Part shown: positions 1-10,880 of the stretch, one piece after another
Layout: every line of letters begins with the position of its first letter
Numbering within the stretch: the stretch's first letter is position 1
NCBI GenBank assembly: GCA_033764875.1
Contig: JANRIO010000011.1
Span: 6,405 to 70,404, forward strand
Length of the DNA stretch: 64,000 bases
Direction: 5' to 3'
Source of the DNA: Hyphomicrobiaceae bacterium
GTDB taxonomy: Bacteria; Pseudomonadota; Alphaproteobacteria; Rhizobiales; Hyphomicrobiaceae
Notes under the pieces: generated by a model
What the model saw: only the letters and a program-made list of their open reading frames with translations
Told to the model about the DNA's origin: nothing
Databases searched by the model: none
Program-made: the position numbers and the translations under genes

Positions 1-94
1 GCGCGGCGTCCGGGGCCGCCGCGGCGAGCGTCGCGATGCGGCGGGCCTCCGCGCCTGCGCCGACGGAGATGAAGCGAGGTTGTTTCTCTGCCAT
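1..94 (-). CDS. 5' end of a divergently transcribed gene running off the window (N-terminus MAEKQPRFISVGAGAEARRIATLAAAAPDAA...); product not assignable
   Basis: Reverse complement of 92-94 is ATG. The frame stays open to the window edge with a plausible N-terminal sequence. It is absent from the ORF track because there is no stop in the window. Confidence 0.3.
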   Translation of the reverse strand, partial: MAEKQPRFISVGAGAEARRIATLAAAAPDAA

Positions 95-1384
95 GGGACT
101 TTGCTTTATGAGGGGGTTGAAGCGTGTGAAGGATATAGAGGCGTGGGCGGCAACGGGCCAACGATACTCCAGATCATCCCCCGGCTCGATGCCGGCGGGG
201 CGGAGCTTGCCGTCATCGACATGGCCGAGGCGGTGACGCTGGCCGGCGGCCGGGCCCTGGTCCTGTCCGAGGGGGGGCGCCTGGCGCCGCAGGTCGCGGC
301 CGCCGGCGGTACCGTCATCGAGTTTCCGGCCGCCACCAAGAACCCGCTGCGCATCTGGTCCAACGCCGAGGCCGTCTGCGACCTCGTGCGCCGGCAGGGC
401 ATCGCGCTGCTGCACGCCCGCAGCCGCGCCCCGGCCTGGAGCGCGCTGATCGCGGCGCGCCGCGCCAGGCTGCCCTTCGTCACCACCTACCACGGCGCCT
501 ACAAGGAAAGTGGCGCCCTCAAGCGCGCCTACAACAGCGTCATGGCCCGCGGCGACGTCGTCATCGCCAACTCGGCCTTCACGGCAGGCCTCATCCGCCA
601 GCGCTACCGGACGCCCGAGGCGCGCATCGCCGTCATCCACCGCGGCCTCGACCCCGCGGCATTCGACCCCGCCCGCGTCGCGCCCGACCGGATCGCGGCG
701 CTGCGCGCGGCCTGGGGCGTGAAGCCGGGCCAGCGCGTCATCCTGCACCCGGCGCGGCTTACGTCCTGGAAGGGGCAGAGCGTCGTCATCGAATCGGCGG
801 CGCTGCTGCGCGCCTCGGGCCGCCTGGACGACGCCGTGGTCGTCCTCGCCGGCGATCCGCAGGGGCGGGCGGAGTATGTGGCCGGCCTCGACCAGCGCAT
901 CGATACCCTCGGCCTGGCGGGGCACGTGTTGAGGGTCGGGCACGTGTCCGACATGCCGGCGGCCTATCTGGCCGCTCACGTCACCCTCGTCGCCTCCACC
1001 GAGCCCGAGGCCTTCGGCCGCACCGTGATCGAGGCCGCCGCCATGCGCTGCCCGGTCATCGCCACGGCCCTCGGCGCCCCGCCCGAGATCATCAAGGCGC
1101 CGCCGAAATGCGAGGAAGATCAAGCCACAGGCTGGCTGGTCGCGCCCGGCCAGGCGTGGGCGCTGGCCGAGCAGGTGCACGCGGCGTTGCGGCTTTCCCA
1201 GCCCCAGCGCGAGCGCCTGGGCGAGCGGGCGCGGGCCCACGTCCTGGCCCACTACACCAAGCGCAACCTGCAGCTCGAGACGCTGGCCGTCTACGACCGG
1301 CTGCTCGGCACCGGCCTGGCGCAGCGCTTTCGCGACCGGCCCGCCGTACACGCGCCTTTGGGAAGTTTGCCGCTGCAATCTTGA
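80..1384 (+). CDS. Glycosyltransferase, GT-B fold (family 4/1-like)
   Basis: N-terminal ILQIIPRLDAGGAE motif. C-terminal EPEAFGRTVIEAAAMRCPVIAT (E-x7-E-like GT4 signature). The true start may be the in-frame GTG at 143. Confidence 0.8.
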   Translation: MFLCHGTLLYEGVEACEGYRGVGGNGPTILQIIPRLDAGGAELAVIDMAEAVTLAGGRALVLSEGGRLAPQVAAAGGTVIEFPAATKNPLRIWSNAEAVCDLVRRQGIALLHARSRAPAWSALIAARRARLPFVTTYHGAYKESGALKRAYNSVMARGDVVIANSAFTAGLIRQRYRTPEARIAVIHRGLDPAAFDPARVAPDRIAALRAAWGVKPGQRVILHPARLTSWKGQSVVIESAALLRASGRLDDAVVVLAGDPQGRAEYVAGLDQRIDTLGLAGHVLRVGHVSDMPAAYLAAHVTLVASTEPEAFGRTVIEAAAMRCPVIATALGAPPEIIKAPPKCEEDQATGWLVAPGQAWALAEQVHAALRLSQPQRERLGERARAHVLAHYTKRNLQLETLAVYDRLLGTGLAQRFRDRPAVHAPLGSLPLQS

Positions 1385-1618
1385 CTTGCGCGTTCATCTC
1401 TCCGATTCTGGCGGGTACCGCGGCCGGCATCGCATGGCCGCGGGCAGCGGCGCTGTGCGGTCTGGCACGGTACGACACGGCGGCCCTGGCTTGGACGCGC
1501 AGACCGGCCGGCGTTAGTGCATACCGGAATGATCAAGGCATTTGCACCAGCAACGACACCGACCTGACGAGCATTTCTTGAGAAGGCCACAGGTTCAATA
1601 GCAGAAGGAGGCACCAAC

Positions 1619-2158
1619 ATCCGTAAACCAATGCGGGCCGCGCCCGAGCGCGAGCCATCCGGACCCAGGATCAACGACATGATCCGCGTCCGCGAAGTAC
1701 GCCTGATTGACGAGACCGGCCAGAACGTGGGGGTTGTCCTCACCGCGGACGCCCTGGCGAAAGCCGTCGAAGCGGGACTAGACCTCGTCGAGGTCTCGCC
1801 TGACGCCAACCCGCCGGTCGCCAAGATCCTTGATTACGGCAAGTACAAATACCAAGAGCAGAAGAAGGCCGCCGAGGCCCGCAAGAAGCAGAAGGTCGTC
1901 GAGATCAAAGAGATCAAGATGCGACCGAGCATCGATGATCACGACTATGACGTGAAGCTGCGCGCCATCCGCCGCTTCTTCGAGGATGGCGACAAGGTCA
2001 AGGTCACACTACGCTTCCGCGGCCGCGAGATGGCCCACCAGCAATTGGGCTGGGAGGTGCTGCAGCGCGTCAAGGCGGAGACCGAGCCGATCGCCAAGGT
2101 CGAGTCCGAGCCGCGCATGGAAGGCCGGCAGATGGTCATGGTGCTGGCCCCGCGCTGA
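1619..2158 (+). CDS. infC: Translation initiation factor IF-3
   Basis: Strong IF-3 sequence ([62 protein letters not shown]). AAGGAGG at 1605-1611 is 7 nt from the in-frame ATC at 1619. The track ATG at 1631 is 19 nt from that SD. Confidence 0.9.
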   Translation: MRKPMRAAPEREPSGPRINDMIRVREVRLIDETGQNVGVVLTADALAKAVEAGLDLVEVSPDANPPVAKILDYGKYKYQEQKKAAEARKKQKVVEIKEIKMRPSIDDHDYDVKLRAIRRFFEDGDKVKVTLRFRGREMAHQQLGWEVLQRVKAETEPIAKVESEPRMEGRQMVMVLAPR

Positions 2159-2179
2159 CGGAGCCGCATTGAGACGGCA

Positions 2180-2216
2180 GCCGGACGTGGATCGTCGCGT
2201 CCGGCGGATGTTTGCG
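2180..2216 (+). terminator. Candidate intrinsic terminator after infC
   Basis: GCCGGACG (2180-2187) pairs with CGTCCGGC (2198-2205), followed by GGATGTTTG. The T-tract is weak. Confidence 0.3.
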
Positions 2217-2425
2217 GCCGACGCCGGAGGGTGGACGCGGCCGCTGCGGCGTGCTGGCGTGCACGGGGCCGCGCCGCTCCGCACCTATCGGCACTTCCAC
2301 TCCGCGTTCCCAATGCGATAAGGTGCGCGTACGCTTGAGGTCGCGTCGCGATCCACGGCGCCGATATCGTCGTAGAATCCCAGGGGCGCATCCGCGGCGG
2401 CATCATCCAGGGCGGGGAGTGGCAG

Positions 2426-3520
2426 GTGAGGCGAAGGCAATTCCTTCGGGGCGGGGCGCTCGCAGCCCTTGCGACGCCCGTCGCGGTCGCCCCTGCGATC
2501 GCCCAGACAAAGCCCGAGCTGAAGTGGCGTCTGGCCTCGAGCTTCGGCAAGTCCCTCGACGTCATGCATGGCGCCGTCCAGGTGCTGTGCCGCTACGTCG
2601 CCGAGGCGAGCGACAACCGTTTCGTCATCCAGCCCTTCCTTGCGGGCGAGCTTGCCCCGGGCGCGCAGGCGCTGGATGCCGTGAGCAGCGGCAGCGTCGA
2701 GTGCGCCTTCACGCCGCTGGGGTACTACGCCGCCAAGGACCCGACGCTGGTGTTCGGCTCCGGCGTGCCCTTCGGCCTCAACGATCGTCAGCAGCAGGCG
2801 TGGTGGCTGTTCGGCGGCGGCAAGGACATCGTCAACGGTGCCCTGCAGCGGCTCAATGCCTATGCCATCCCCGCCGGCGCATCGGGCACGCAGATGGGCG
2901 GCTGGTTCCGCAAGGAGCTTGCTGCTGTGGACGATCTCAAGGGCCTGCGCGTGCGCATCACCGGCATGGGCGGCCCGGTGCTGCAGCGCCTGGGCGCCGT
3001 GCCCTACCAGATGACGCACGCCGACACGCTGACCGCGCTGGAGAGCGGCAATCTCGACGCCGCCGAGTTCATCTGCCCGCACGACGACGAGCGGCTGGGC
3101 TTCGCCAAGGTGGCGCGCTTCAACTATTACCCCTGCTGGTGGGAGGGGAGCGGCATGCTGCACATGGCCGTCAATCTCGAGCAGTGGAACGCCCTGCCCA
3201 AGCCCTACCAGGCCATTCTGGCGCGCGCCTGCGACGCCTCATCGGGCTGGATGCGCGCCAAGTACGACAGCCTCAACCCGCCGGCGCTGCGCAAGCTCGT
3301 GGCCGAGGGAGCCATTCTGAAGCCGTTCCCCGCGGCCGTTCTCGAGGCCTGCTACAAGGCGACGGGAGAGCACCTTTCCGAGATCGCGGGCAAGAGCATT
3401 CCCTTCAAGAAGGCTCTCGACCAGCTCAACGGCTTCCGCACCGATCACCTGGCCTGGCGGCAGATCGCCGAGCAGGCCTACGACGGCTTCCTGATCGCCG
3501 CCACCCGCGGCAAGACCTGA
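2426..3520 (+). CDS. TRAP transporter substrate-binding protein (DctP family, COG4663-like) with a Tat-type signal
   Basis: MRRRQFLRGGALAALATPVAVAPAIAQ twin-arginine leader. DctP-like body. No dctQ/dctM genes adjacent. Confidence 0.8.
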   Translation: MRRRQFLRGGALAALATPVAVAPAIAQTKPELKWRLASSFGKSLDVMHGAVQVLCRYVAEASDNRFVIQPFLAGELAPGAQALDAVSSGSVECAFTPLGYYAAKDPTLVFGSGVPFGLNDRQQQAWWLFGGGKDIVNGALQRLNAYAIPAGASGTQMGGWFRKELAAVDDLKGLRVRITGMGGPVLQRLGAVPYQMTHADTLTALESGNLDAAEFICPHDDERLGFAKVARFNYYPCWWEGSGMLHMAVNLEQWNALPKPYQAILARACDASSGWMRAKYDSLNPPALRKLVAEGAILKPFPAAVLEACYKATGEHLSEIAGKSIPFKKALDQLNGFRTDHLAWRQIAEQAYDGFLIAATRGKT

Positions 3521-3610
3521 GCCGGGCTCGCCGCAATCCATCCTGCCGTTGCAGCTCGGCCCCTCTGCGTGCCTCCATCCGGTGGCCTTTCGGTTTTCCA
3601 GGCTGCCACG

Positions 3611-3789
3611 GTCCCGAGGATGCATCCCCATCGGGGGCCTTCCCAATACCAGGCACTCCCTCTCCGCATGCCTTCCCGGCCGAGCGGCAGCGAGAGCCGG
3701 GATCTTTCCCGGTTGCAATAGACCGCGGCGTGTAAGGATCCCGGATCGTCGTGCTCGCGCACGACGTCCGGGAAGGCACTCCGCGAGGG
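3611..3789 (+). repeat. Structured ~130-bp interspersed repeat, locus A (1 unit plus conserved 5' leader)
   Basis: Core CCCTCTCCGCATGCCTTCCCGG...CCGGGAAGGCACTCCGCGAGGG (3658-3789) with internal hairpins. Near-identical units occur at 15945-16276 and 17682-18268. Confidence 0.85.
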
Positions 3790-3871
3790 CGGTGCCTCGC
3801 GTCGGCCGGTGCCTCGCGTCGGCCACTGCCCTCGGATGAACTCCAGCCGGGAGCGCCCGCCGCGAGGCGCT

Positions 3872-4035
3872 GCGGCGCCGCGGCCGTGCTCAGCTCCAGA
3901 ACGAGAAGAAGCCGCCGGAGGGCCCGTCTCAGTCCCGGTCGCGCTTGGGCTGCGGCGGCGCGGCCGTGCTCAGTTCCAGAACGAGAAGAAGCCGCCGGAG
4001 GGCCCGTCCCAGTCCCGGTCGCGCTTGGGCTGCGG
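3872..4035. repeat. Tandem direct duplication (2 x 80 bp, about 3 mismatches) covering the 3' end of the L,D-transpeptidase gene
   Basis: 3881-3955 and 3961-4035 align base for base (cggccgtgctcag[c/t]tccagaacgagaagaagccgccggagggcccgtc[t/c]cagtcccggtcgcgcttgggctgcgg). Confidence 0.9.
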
Positions 4036-5637
4036 TTGCCGGATCTTCAGCGCGCCCTGCGGCTCGTTGCTCATCACGACGATGAAGTCGGTGTCCTTGC
4101 CGGTCTCCAGGTTCGGCGCCTCGTCCGAGATGATCAGCGAGGAGCCCGGCACCATCAGTCCCGACACCCGCTCCACCAACTCGGCGGGCAGCGAGACGCG
4201 CTCGAGCGCGGCCCTGGCGCCCTCCACGTCCGCCGCCACCGACAGACCCGTGCGCCGCACCGGCGTCGTCGGCGGCTTGTCGTTGGGCTTGACGGCCGGC
4301 GGCGCCACGGTCGGCATGGCCGCGATGTCGCGGTACATGGAGACGACGCTCCAGCGCATCTCGCGCGCGCCCTCGTCCTTGAAGTCGAGGGCCGTGTAGA
4401 CGAAGCTGCCGATGGTCTTCTCCGGATCGCGGATGTCGATCGGCCCTTCCGTCACCGGCAGGTTCGCCTGCCGCACGTAGAAGCGGCGCATCTTCCGGCT
4501 GACGAGCACGGACACGGGCGAGAGCATGCGCACCGCCTCCTCCGCGTCGTCGTTGGCCTTGTCCTTGGCGATCTCGGCGCTGCGCGCCTCCTCCGCCGCG
4601 CGCTCGGCGGCCTCGGCCTTGGCATCGTTCTGCTGCCTGGCCTTCTCGAGCTCGGCGCGGGCATCCGCGACCCGCTGCTCCGCCTTCTGCAGGGCGGCCT
4701 CGCTGGCCGTGATCGCCTCCGGCTTCGCCTTCGGGTCGGCGCTGATCTTCTCCAGCGACTTGATCGCGGCTTTGAAGCCGTCCTCGCTGCGCGCGAGGTT
4801 GCTCTCGGCGCCCTTGAGCGCACGCTGGGCGGCCTGCGCCTCCCCGGCGCGCCGCTGTGCCATCTGCCTGGCCTCGGTTGCCTTGCGCGCCAGCGGCTGC
4901 AGCTCGGCCGACCTCGCCTTGGCGATGGCGCTGAGCTGGCCGAGGTGCCGCTCGGCCGTCGGCGACGGCGTCAGGACGTTCTCGAAGGCGAGGTTGCCGA
5001 GCCGCGAGATCGGCAGCTCGCCGCGCAGCGAGGCCCGCACCACGGGGGCCCGCACCGGCGCCAGGCTGGACTCCAGCGGCCGAGCCTTGAACAGCGCCGG
5101 GTGCTCGAAGGGTTGCGGCACGATGTCGTCGCGGGTGAGAATGACCCGCATGCCGAGCTTCGTCACGTCGAAGAGCTGCTGCGCGAAGCTGATCGGCAGG
5201 CGCACGCAGCCGTGCGAGGCCGGGTAGCCCGGCAGCGCCCCGGCGTGCAGCGCGATGCCCGTCCACGTGATCCGCTGCATGAACGGCATCGACGCGTCGT
5301 CGTAGAGATTGGAGTGATGCTCGGGCTTCTTCTGCACGATGCTGAAGATGCCCGACGGCGTCTCGTAGCCCGTGGCGCCCGAGGACACGGGCGACTGCAG
5401 GATGCGGCCGTTGCTGCCGTACACCGAGATGCGCTGCTCGTTGAGCGACACCACCGCGAACACGGGCAGCAGCTCGAACGGCTCGGAGTAGGTCGGGCGC
5501 CGGGGCTGCACCTCGTTATAGGAGTACTCGCCCGCGCGCTTGGAGAATTGCGCTGCGGCCGGACCGGCCGGCATGGCCGCAACACCGATGGCGGCACACC
5601 CCGCCAGCAACCCGTCTCGCAAGCCCTGCAGTCTCAT
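3970..5637 (-). CDS. L,D-transpeptidase (YkuD domain) with a long Ala/Glu/Lys-rich coiled-coil linker and a C-terminal domain
   Basis: YkuD signature GIALHAGALPGYPASHGCVRLP. Signal-like N-terminus from MRLQGLRDGLLAGCAAIGVAAMPAGPAAAQ (start moved to 5637 from the track start at 5718). Confidence 0.85.
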   Translation of the reverse strand: MRLQGLRDGLLAGCAAIGVAAMPAGPAAAQFSKRAGEYSYNEVQPRRPTYSEPFELLPVFAVVSLNEQRISVYGSNGRILQSPVSSGATGYETPSGIFSIVQKKPEHHSNLYDDASMPFMQRITWTGIALHAGALPGYPASHGCVRLPISFAQQLFDVTKLGMRVILTRDDIVPQPFEHPALFKARPLESSLAPVRAPVVRASLRGELPISRLGNLAFENVLTPSPTAERHLGQLSAIAKARSAELQPLARKATEARQMAQRRAGEAQAAQRALKGAESNLARSEDGFKAAIKSLEKISADPKAKPEAITASEAALQKAEQRVADARAELEKARQQNDAKAEAAERAAEEARSAEIAKDKANDDAEEAVRMLSPVSVLVSRKMRRFYVRQANLPVTEGPIDIRDPEKTIGSFVYTALDFKDEGAREMRWSVVSMYRDIAAMPTVAPPAVKPNDKPPTTPVRRTGLSVAADVEGARAALERVSLPAELVERVSGLMVPGSSLIISDEAPNLETGKDTDFIVVMSNEPQGALKIRQPQPKRDRDWDGPSGGFFSFWN

Positions 5638-5748
5638 GTCACACCTCAGAGAAGGCTTCAGCCCTGAACCGCAAATGTTGGCCACCGCAGCCCGGATTCC
5701 ACGCCGCGCACAATTCAAGAGTTCGCGAACGCTCGGGTTCGCGGGCGC

Positions 5749-6618
5749 TCATAGCGAACGCGCCACACGGAACCCCGCCTGATTAACGCGCAGCTCCGGG
5801 AAAGTTGCATAGCGGTAGGCCGCGCGCAGGGCCACCGGCTGGTAGTTCCAGGAGCCGCCGCGCAGGATCCGCAGCTTGCAGTTGCGCTCCTCCACGGCCG
5901 AGCCGTCGCTCGGGGCGCGAGCGTAGCTGTCCCGGTAGCAGTCTTCCACCCACTCCCAGACGTTGCCGTGCATCTCGTGCAGGCCGAACGCGTTCTTGGG
6001 CATGGTGCCGGTGTCGACGGTCTTCTGCCGGTAGATGCCGCCATTCGGCCTGCCGTAGCTGAAGTTGGCGTCGTAGTTGGCCTGCTGGTAGGTGATCGTG
6101 GCCCCGGTCGAGAACGGCGGCGGGGCCGGGTTCCACTTCGTCTGCGCGCGGGCCGCGTATTCCCACTCCGCCTCGCTCAGAAGGCGATAGGGCTTGCCGG
6201 TCTTCTTGGCGAGCCAGGCGACGTATTGCTTCGCGTCGCCCCAGGCGACGTTGATCACCGGCCGCCGGCCGCGGCCCCATCCGCTGTCCTCCGGCCGGAC
6301 CGTGCACCCGCCCTCCTTCACGCAGTCGTCCCACTGCGCGAAGGTCACCTCGACCTTGCCGACGGCGAACGCCTGCGCGATCGTCACCTTGCGCTGTGGG
6401 CCCTCGTTGGGGCTGCGTCCGCGCTCCGTCTCGGCCGAGCCCATCATGAACTCCCCCGGCGGCACCACGACCATCTCCGGACAGCTCGCGCAATCCTTGA
6501 AGGTCGAGCCGGCGCGGGGTGACGTCTCGGAGGCGGCGCCGGCCGGCAGCGAGGTCGCGCCGAAGACTGCAAGAGCAAGCGGCAGAAGGCGAAATTTGCG
6601 TCCCACGTTTCGTCCCAT
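5749..6618 (-). CDS. Exported formylglycine-generating-enzyme (SUMF1/FGE) domain protein
   Basis: Motifs FGLHEMHGNVWEWVEDC and RILRGGSWNY. Signal peptide LLPLALAVFGATSLPAGAAS. No sulfatase nearby. Confidence 0.8.
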   Translation of the reverse strand: MGRNVGRKFRLLPLALAVFGATSLPAGAASETSPRAGSTFKDCASCPEMVVVPPGEFMMGSAETERGRSPNEGPQRKVTIAQAFAVGKVEVTFAQWDDCVKEGGCTVRPEDSGWGRGRRPVINVAWGDAKQYVAWLAKKTGKPYRLLSEAEWEYAARAQTKWNPAPPPFSTGATITYQQANYDANFSYGRPNGGIYRQKTVDTGTMPKNAFGLHEMHGNVWEWVEDCYRDSYARAPSDGSAVEERNCKLRILRGGSWNYQPVALRAAYRYATFPELRVNQAGFRVARSL

Positions 6619-6724
6619 CGTCGTTTTCGGGCCGCACAATATAGCGGTAATGCGCGCACAATGAAGGCAGCCCGTTAATTATTTGACTCGTTCTGGAACG
6701 CGGATCTTCCTGCAACTGACGGCT

Positions 6725-7204
6725 TCAGCGCGCACGCTTTACACCAACCTGCGGATAGAGCTTGTAGCCAAGCTTGGGCTGCCGGAACGAGGCGCCCGGG
6801 TCCACCAGGATGTCGCGGCCGAGCGCCTGCCGGCCGATCAGCATCCGGTAGCTCATCATCTGCCGGTTGGTGAGCGTGATCTCGATCGGCCACTCGCGCG
6901 CGCCGATGCGGATCGTCGTCTCGATCACGTAGCGCTCCTCGCGCTCGCCGTTGGACGATCTGACCTCGCGCATGCCCACGAGCGGGGCGATGCAAGTGAC
7001 CTCGAGGTCGCTGCGGCGCGGGATCGGGTGCACGCCGAAGCGCACCTTGCGCGATCGGGCCGGGCCGAACGGCTCGATGAACACGGCGTGCAGCGCCGAG
7101 GTGCGCGCGCCCGTGTCGACCTTCGCCTTGATGGCGGGAAGGGCCAGTCCGGGCAGCGCGACCCACTCTTCCCAGCCGAGGATGAGCGGCGCGTCAGGCG
7201 GCAT
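6725..7204 (-). CDS. Retropepsin-like aspartic protease family protein (DUF785 / RimB-like, annotated elsewhere as ATP-dependent zinc protease)
   Basis: LGWEEWVALPGLALPAIKAKVDTGARTSALHA motif (D-T-G). It is the C-terminal third of the long track ORF 6725-8206. ATG at 7204. Confidence 0.7.
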   Translation of the reverse strand: MPPDAPLILGWEEWVALPGLALPAIKAKVDTGARTSALHAVFIEPFGPARSRKVRFGVHPIPRRSDLEVTCIAPLVGMREVRSSNGEREERYVIETTIRIGAREWPIEITLTNRQMMSYRMLIGRQALGRDILVDPGASFRQPKLGYKLYPQVGVKRAR

Positions 7205-7305
7205 CGGCAACCTTGTGATTCGAGGAGGACCCCCGCACACTATGCCCGCTGCGGGCGCATGCGTGCAATCGCACCCTGGCCTCCCGCGCTGATCCTGAGC
7301 GCTTC

Positions 7306-8199
7306 TCAGCCCTTGCCGAGGCCGTTCGCCTGGAACCAGGCCAGCATCCTCTGCCAGCCGTCCTTTGCCTCGGCGTCCCGGTACGATGGCCGGTAGTCGG
7401 CGAAGAAGGCGTGCGGCGCCTCGGGATAGACGTGGATGCGGCTGGCCGAGCCGGCGCCGAGCGCCGCCCTCATCTCGTCGACGGTGGCGACCGGAATGCC
7501 GGCGTCCGCCCCGCCGTAGAGGCCGAGCACCGGCACCGTCAGGCCTGCGGCGACATCGATCGGCTGCGTCGGCGTGCTCGCCGTCCTGTCGCCGGCGAGG
7601 CGTCCGTACCAGGCGACGCCGGCCTTGATGCTGGGCCTGTGCGCCGCATACAGCCACACGATCCGCCCGCCCCAGCAGAAGCCGGTGATGCCGACCCGGC
7701 TCGTGTCGGCCGGGCCGGCCTTCGCCGCGAACCTCAAGGCCTCGTCGATGTCCGCCATCACCTGCGCGTCGGGCACCTTGGCGACGATGGGCCGGATCTC
7801 GTCGAAGGTCTTCAGGCTCGCGACGTCGCCCTGGCGATGGTACAGCGCGGGGGCAAGCGCCAGGTAGCCCTCCTTGGCCAGCCGCCGGCACACGTCCTGG
7901 ATGTGCTCGTGCAGCCCGAAGATCTCCTGCACCACCACCACCACGGGGCAGCGGCCGCCCGCCTTGGGGTGCGCCAGGTAGACCGGGATCGGCGTGCCGC
8001 CGCAGGCAAAGGCATCCATGCGCGCCTCGATGCCCGCCGTATCGGTCACGACCAGGGTCTGCGCCGCGACCGGCTGGGTGGACAGGGCAAAGCCGCCGGC
8101 GTGGCCCGTGGCTGTGCCGCCGGCCGCAGCCTCGCGCCGGTCCGCCTCCGCGAGTGTCCAAAGCGCGTCGCTGCGGTCCATCGGGCCTCCGTCGTCCAC
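7306..8199 (-). CDS. Dienelactone hydrolase family protein
   Basis: VVVVVQEIFGLHEHIQDVCRRLA and the GFCWGG nucleophile elbow. The start could be the M at 8181. Confidence 0.8.
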   Translation of the reverse strand: MDDGGPMDRSDALWTLAEADRREAAAGGTATGHAGGFALSTQPVAAQTLVVTDTAGIEARMDAFACGGTPIPVYLAHPKAGGRCPVVVVVQEIFGLHEHIQDVCRRLAKEGYLALAPALYHRQGDVASLKTFDEIRPIVAKVPDAQVMADIDEALRFAAKAGPADTSRVGITGFCWGGRIVWLYAAHRPSIKAGVAWYGRLAGDRTASTPTQPIDVAAGLTVPVLGLYGGADAGIPVATVDEMRAALGAGSASRIHVYPEAPHAFFADYRPSYRDAEAKDGWQRMLAWFQANGLGKG

Positions 8200-8250
8200 G
8201 GCTCATTCGCAGTCCATCTAGAGGGCGCGCCGGGGCCGCGCAATGCCTCT

Positions 8251-8838
8251 ATGATGGCCCAGGCGGACCTTGCGGCGGCACCGATGCGCACCAGCGACCT
8301 AGACATCCTATTCGTACCCGGCTGGGGCAACTCCGGCCCCTACCACTGGCAGAGCCGCTGGCAGGCCAGGCTCAAGACCGCGCGCCGGGTCGACCTTGCG
8401 AGCTGGGACGCGCCCGTCAAGGCCGAGTGGGTGGCGCGACTGGTGGCCGCCGTCGGCACGTCGACGCGGCCCGTGCTGCTCGTCGCCCACTCGCTGGGCG
8501 TCCTGGCGGTCGCCCACGCCGCCCCGCTGCTGCCCGCCGGCCGGGTCGCCGGCGCCTTCCTCGTCGGCCTGCCCGACGCCGAGACGCAGGCCCTGCCCGA
8601 GGCCATCGACAAGGCCTTCGCGCCCCTGCCGCGCACGGCCCTGCCGTTTCCGAGCGTGCTCGTGCACTCCGCCACGGACCCCTACTGCACGCCCGCGCGC
8701 GCCGTCGAGTTTGCGCAGGTCTGGGGCGCCGAGCCGGCGGACGCGGGCGACGCCGGCCACATCAATGCCGCCTCCGGCCACGGCCCCTGGCCCGAGGGCC
8801 TGCTGCGGCTCGCCACCTTCCTGCGGCATCTGGGCTAG
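8251..8838 (+). CDS. RBBP9/YdeN-family alpha/beta serine hydrolase
   Basis: ILFVPGWGNSGPYHWQSRW and LVAHSLG motifs. It sits in the 3' part of the track ORF 7411-8838. Confidence 0.75.
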   Translation: MMAQADLAAAPMRTSDLDILFVPGWGNSGPYHWQSRWQARLKTARRVDLASWDAPVKAEWVARLVAAVGTSTRPVLLVAHSLGVLAVAHAAPLLPAGRVAGAFLVGLPDAETQALPEAIDKAFAPLPRTALPFPSVLVHSATDPYCTPARAVEFAQVWGAEPADAGDAGHINAASGHGPWPEGLLRLATFLRHLG

Positions 8839-9105
8839 CGTCCTGACCGCGAAGGAGAAGCAATGAGGCGAGCGTGATTCAGGGCCAGAAGCCCGTCTCC
8901 AAAACGCGCCGCAAGCGATGGATCGGGCTTCCCGGTCCTGACACCAGAGCAGCGTTTCACACGTCGGCGCGTGTCGCGTGAAGGTGCTCGCACGATCAAG
9001 TGCATAGCGCGCGTCCGCTTCCGAAGCAACGCAAAGCGCTCTGGCGTTCGCGACGGCCGGTGGCATAGTCCTCCCAACAACAAGTCGTCGTCTCGGAGGA
9101 CGCTG

Positions 9106-10653
<1,548 letters not shown>

Positions 10654-10732
10654 CCGGAGCGCGAGCCCGAGCTCGCGCCCTGGCGAGCACGGGCAAGGAC
10701 TGCAAAGGTCGCAAGGCGCATGCGTCCGGTTC

Positions 10733-10880
10733 CCTCTCCCCGTCCTTACGGGGAGAGGGCTAGGGTGAGGGGCAGAAGCTTGCTCCGAAGCCGGAGTATG
10801 GATTCGGCATCGCCCTCATCCTCGCGTCGCGCGGGCGGCTGCCCCTCACCCCGGCCCTCTCCCCGCAAGCGGGGAGAGGG
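10733..10880. repeat. Pair of inverted GGGGAGAGGG-type REP hairpin elements
   Basis: 10733-10773 is ccctctccccgtccttacggggagagggctagggtgaggggc. 10841-10880 is gcccctcaccccggccctctccccgcaagcggggagaggg. Each is a hairpin, and the two are mutually inverted around about 65 bp. Confidence 0.8.

Noticed and set aside
2158-2426. Missing rpmI-rplT after infC as a rearrangement signal
   Set aside because: infC is often uncoupled from rpmI-rplT in alphaproteobacteria. A plausible terminator hairpin follows infC.
2426-3520. Orphan TRAP substrate-binding protein as an anomaly
   Set aside because: Stand-alone DctP-family binding proteins without adjacent dctQM are frequent in alphaproteobacteria, so this is not informative by itself.
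3751-5667. 638-aa plus-strand ORF, with similar very long ORFs at 8308-10428(-), 24632-27364(+), 33879-36338(-), 41807-44068(+), 44682-46460(-), 46457-48223(-), 48332-50680(+), 18882-20858(+), 11257-12879(+), 62114-63598(-)
   Set aside because: All lie antisense to, or out of frame with, genes that have clear family signatures. Their translations are Arg/Ala/Gly/Pro-rich low-complexity strings typical of stop-codon-poor shadow frames in high-GC DNA.
5749-6618. FGE-domain protein as part of a sulfatase maturation system
   Set aside because: No sulfatase or anaerobic maturase gene is nearby. FGE-like domains occur in many unrelated exported proteins.
6725-7204. Retropepsin-like protease as evidence of a RimK-type modification system
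   Set aside because: The usual partner rimK (ATP-grasp) is absent from the neighbourhood. This is a single orphan gene with nothing further to support a system.
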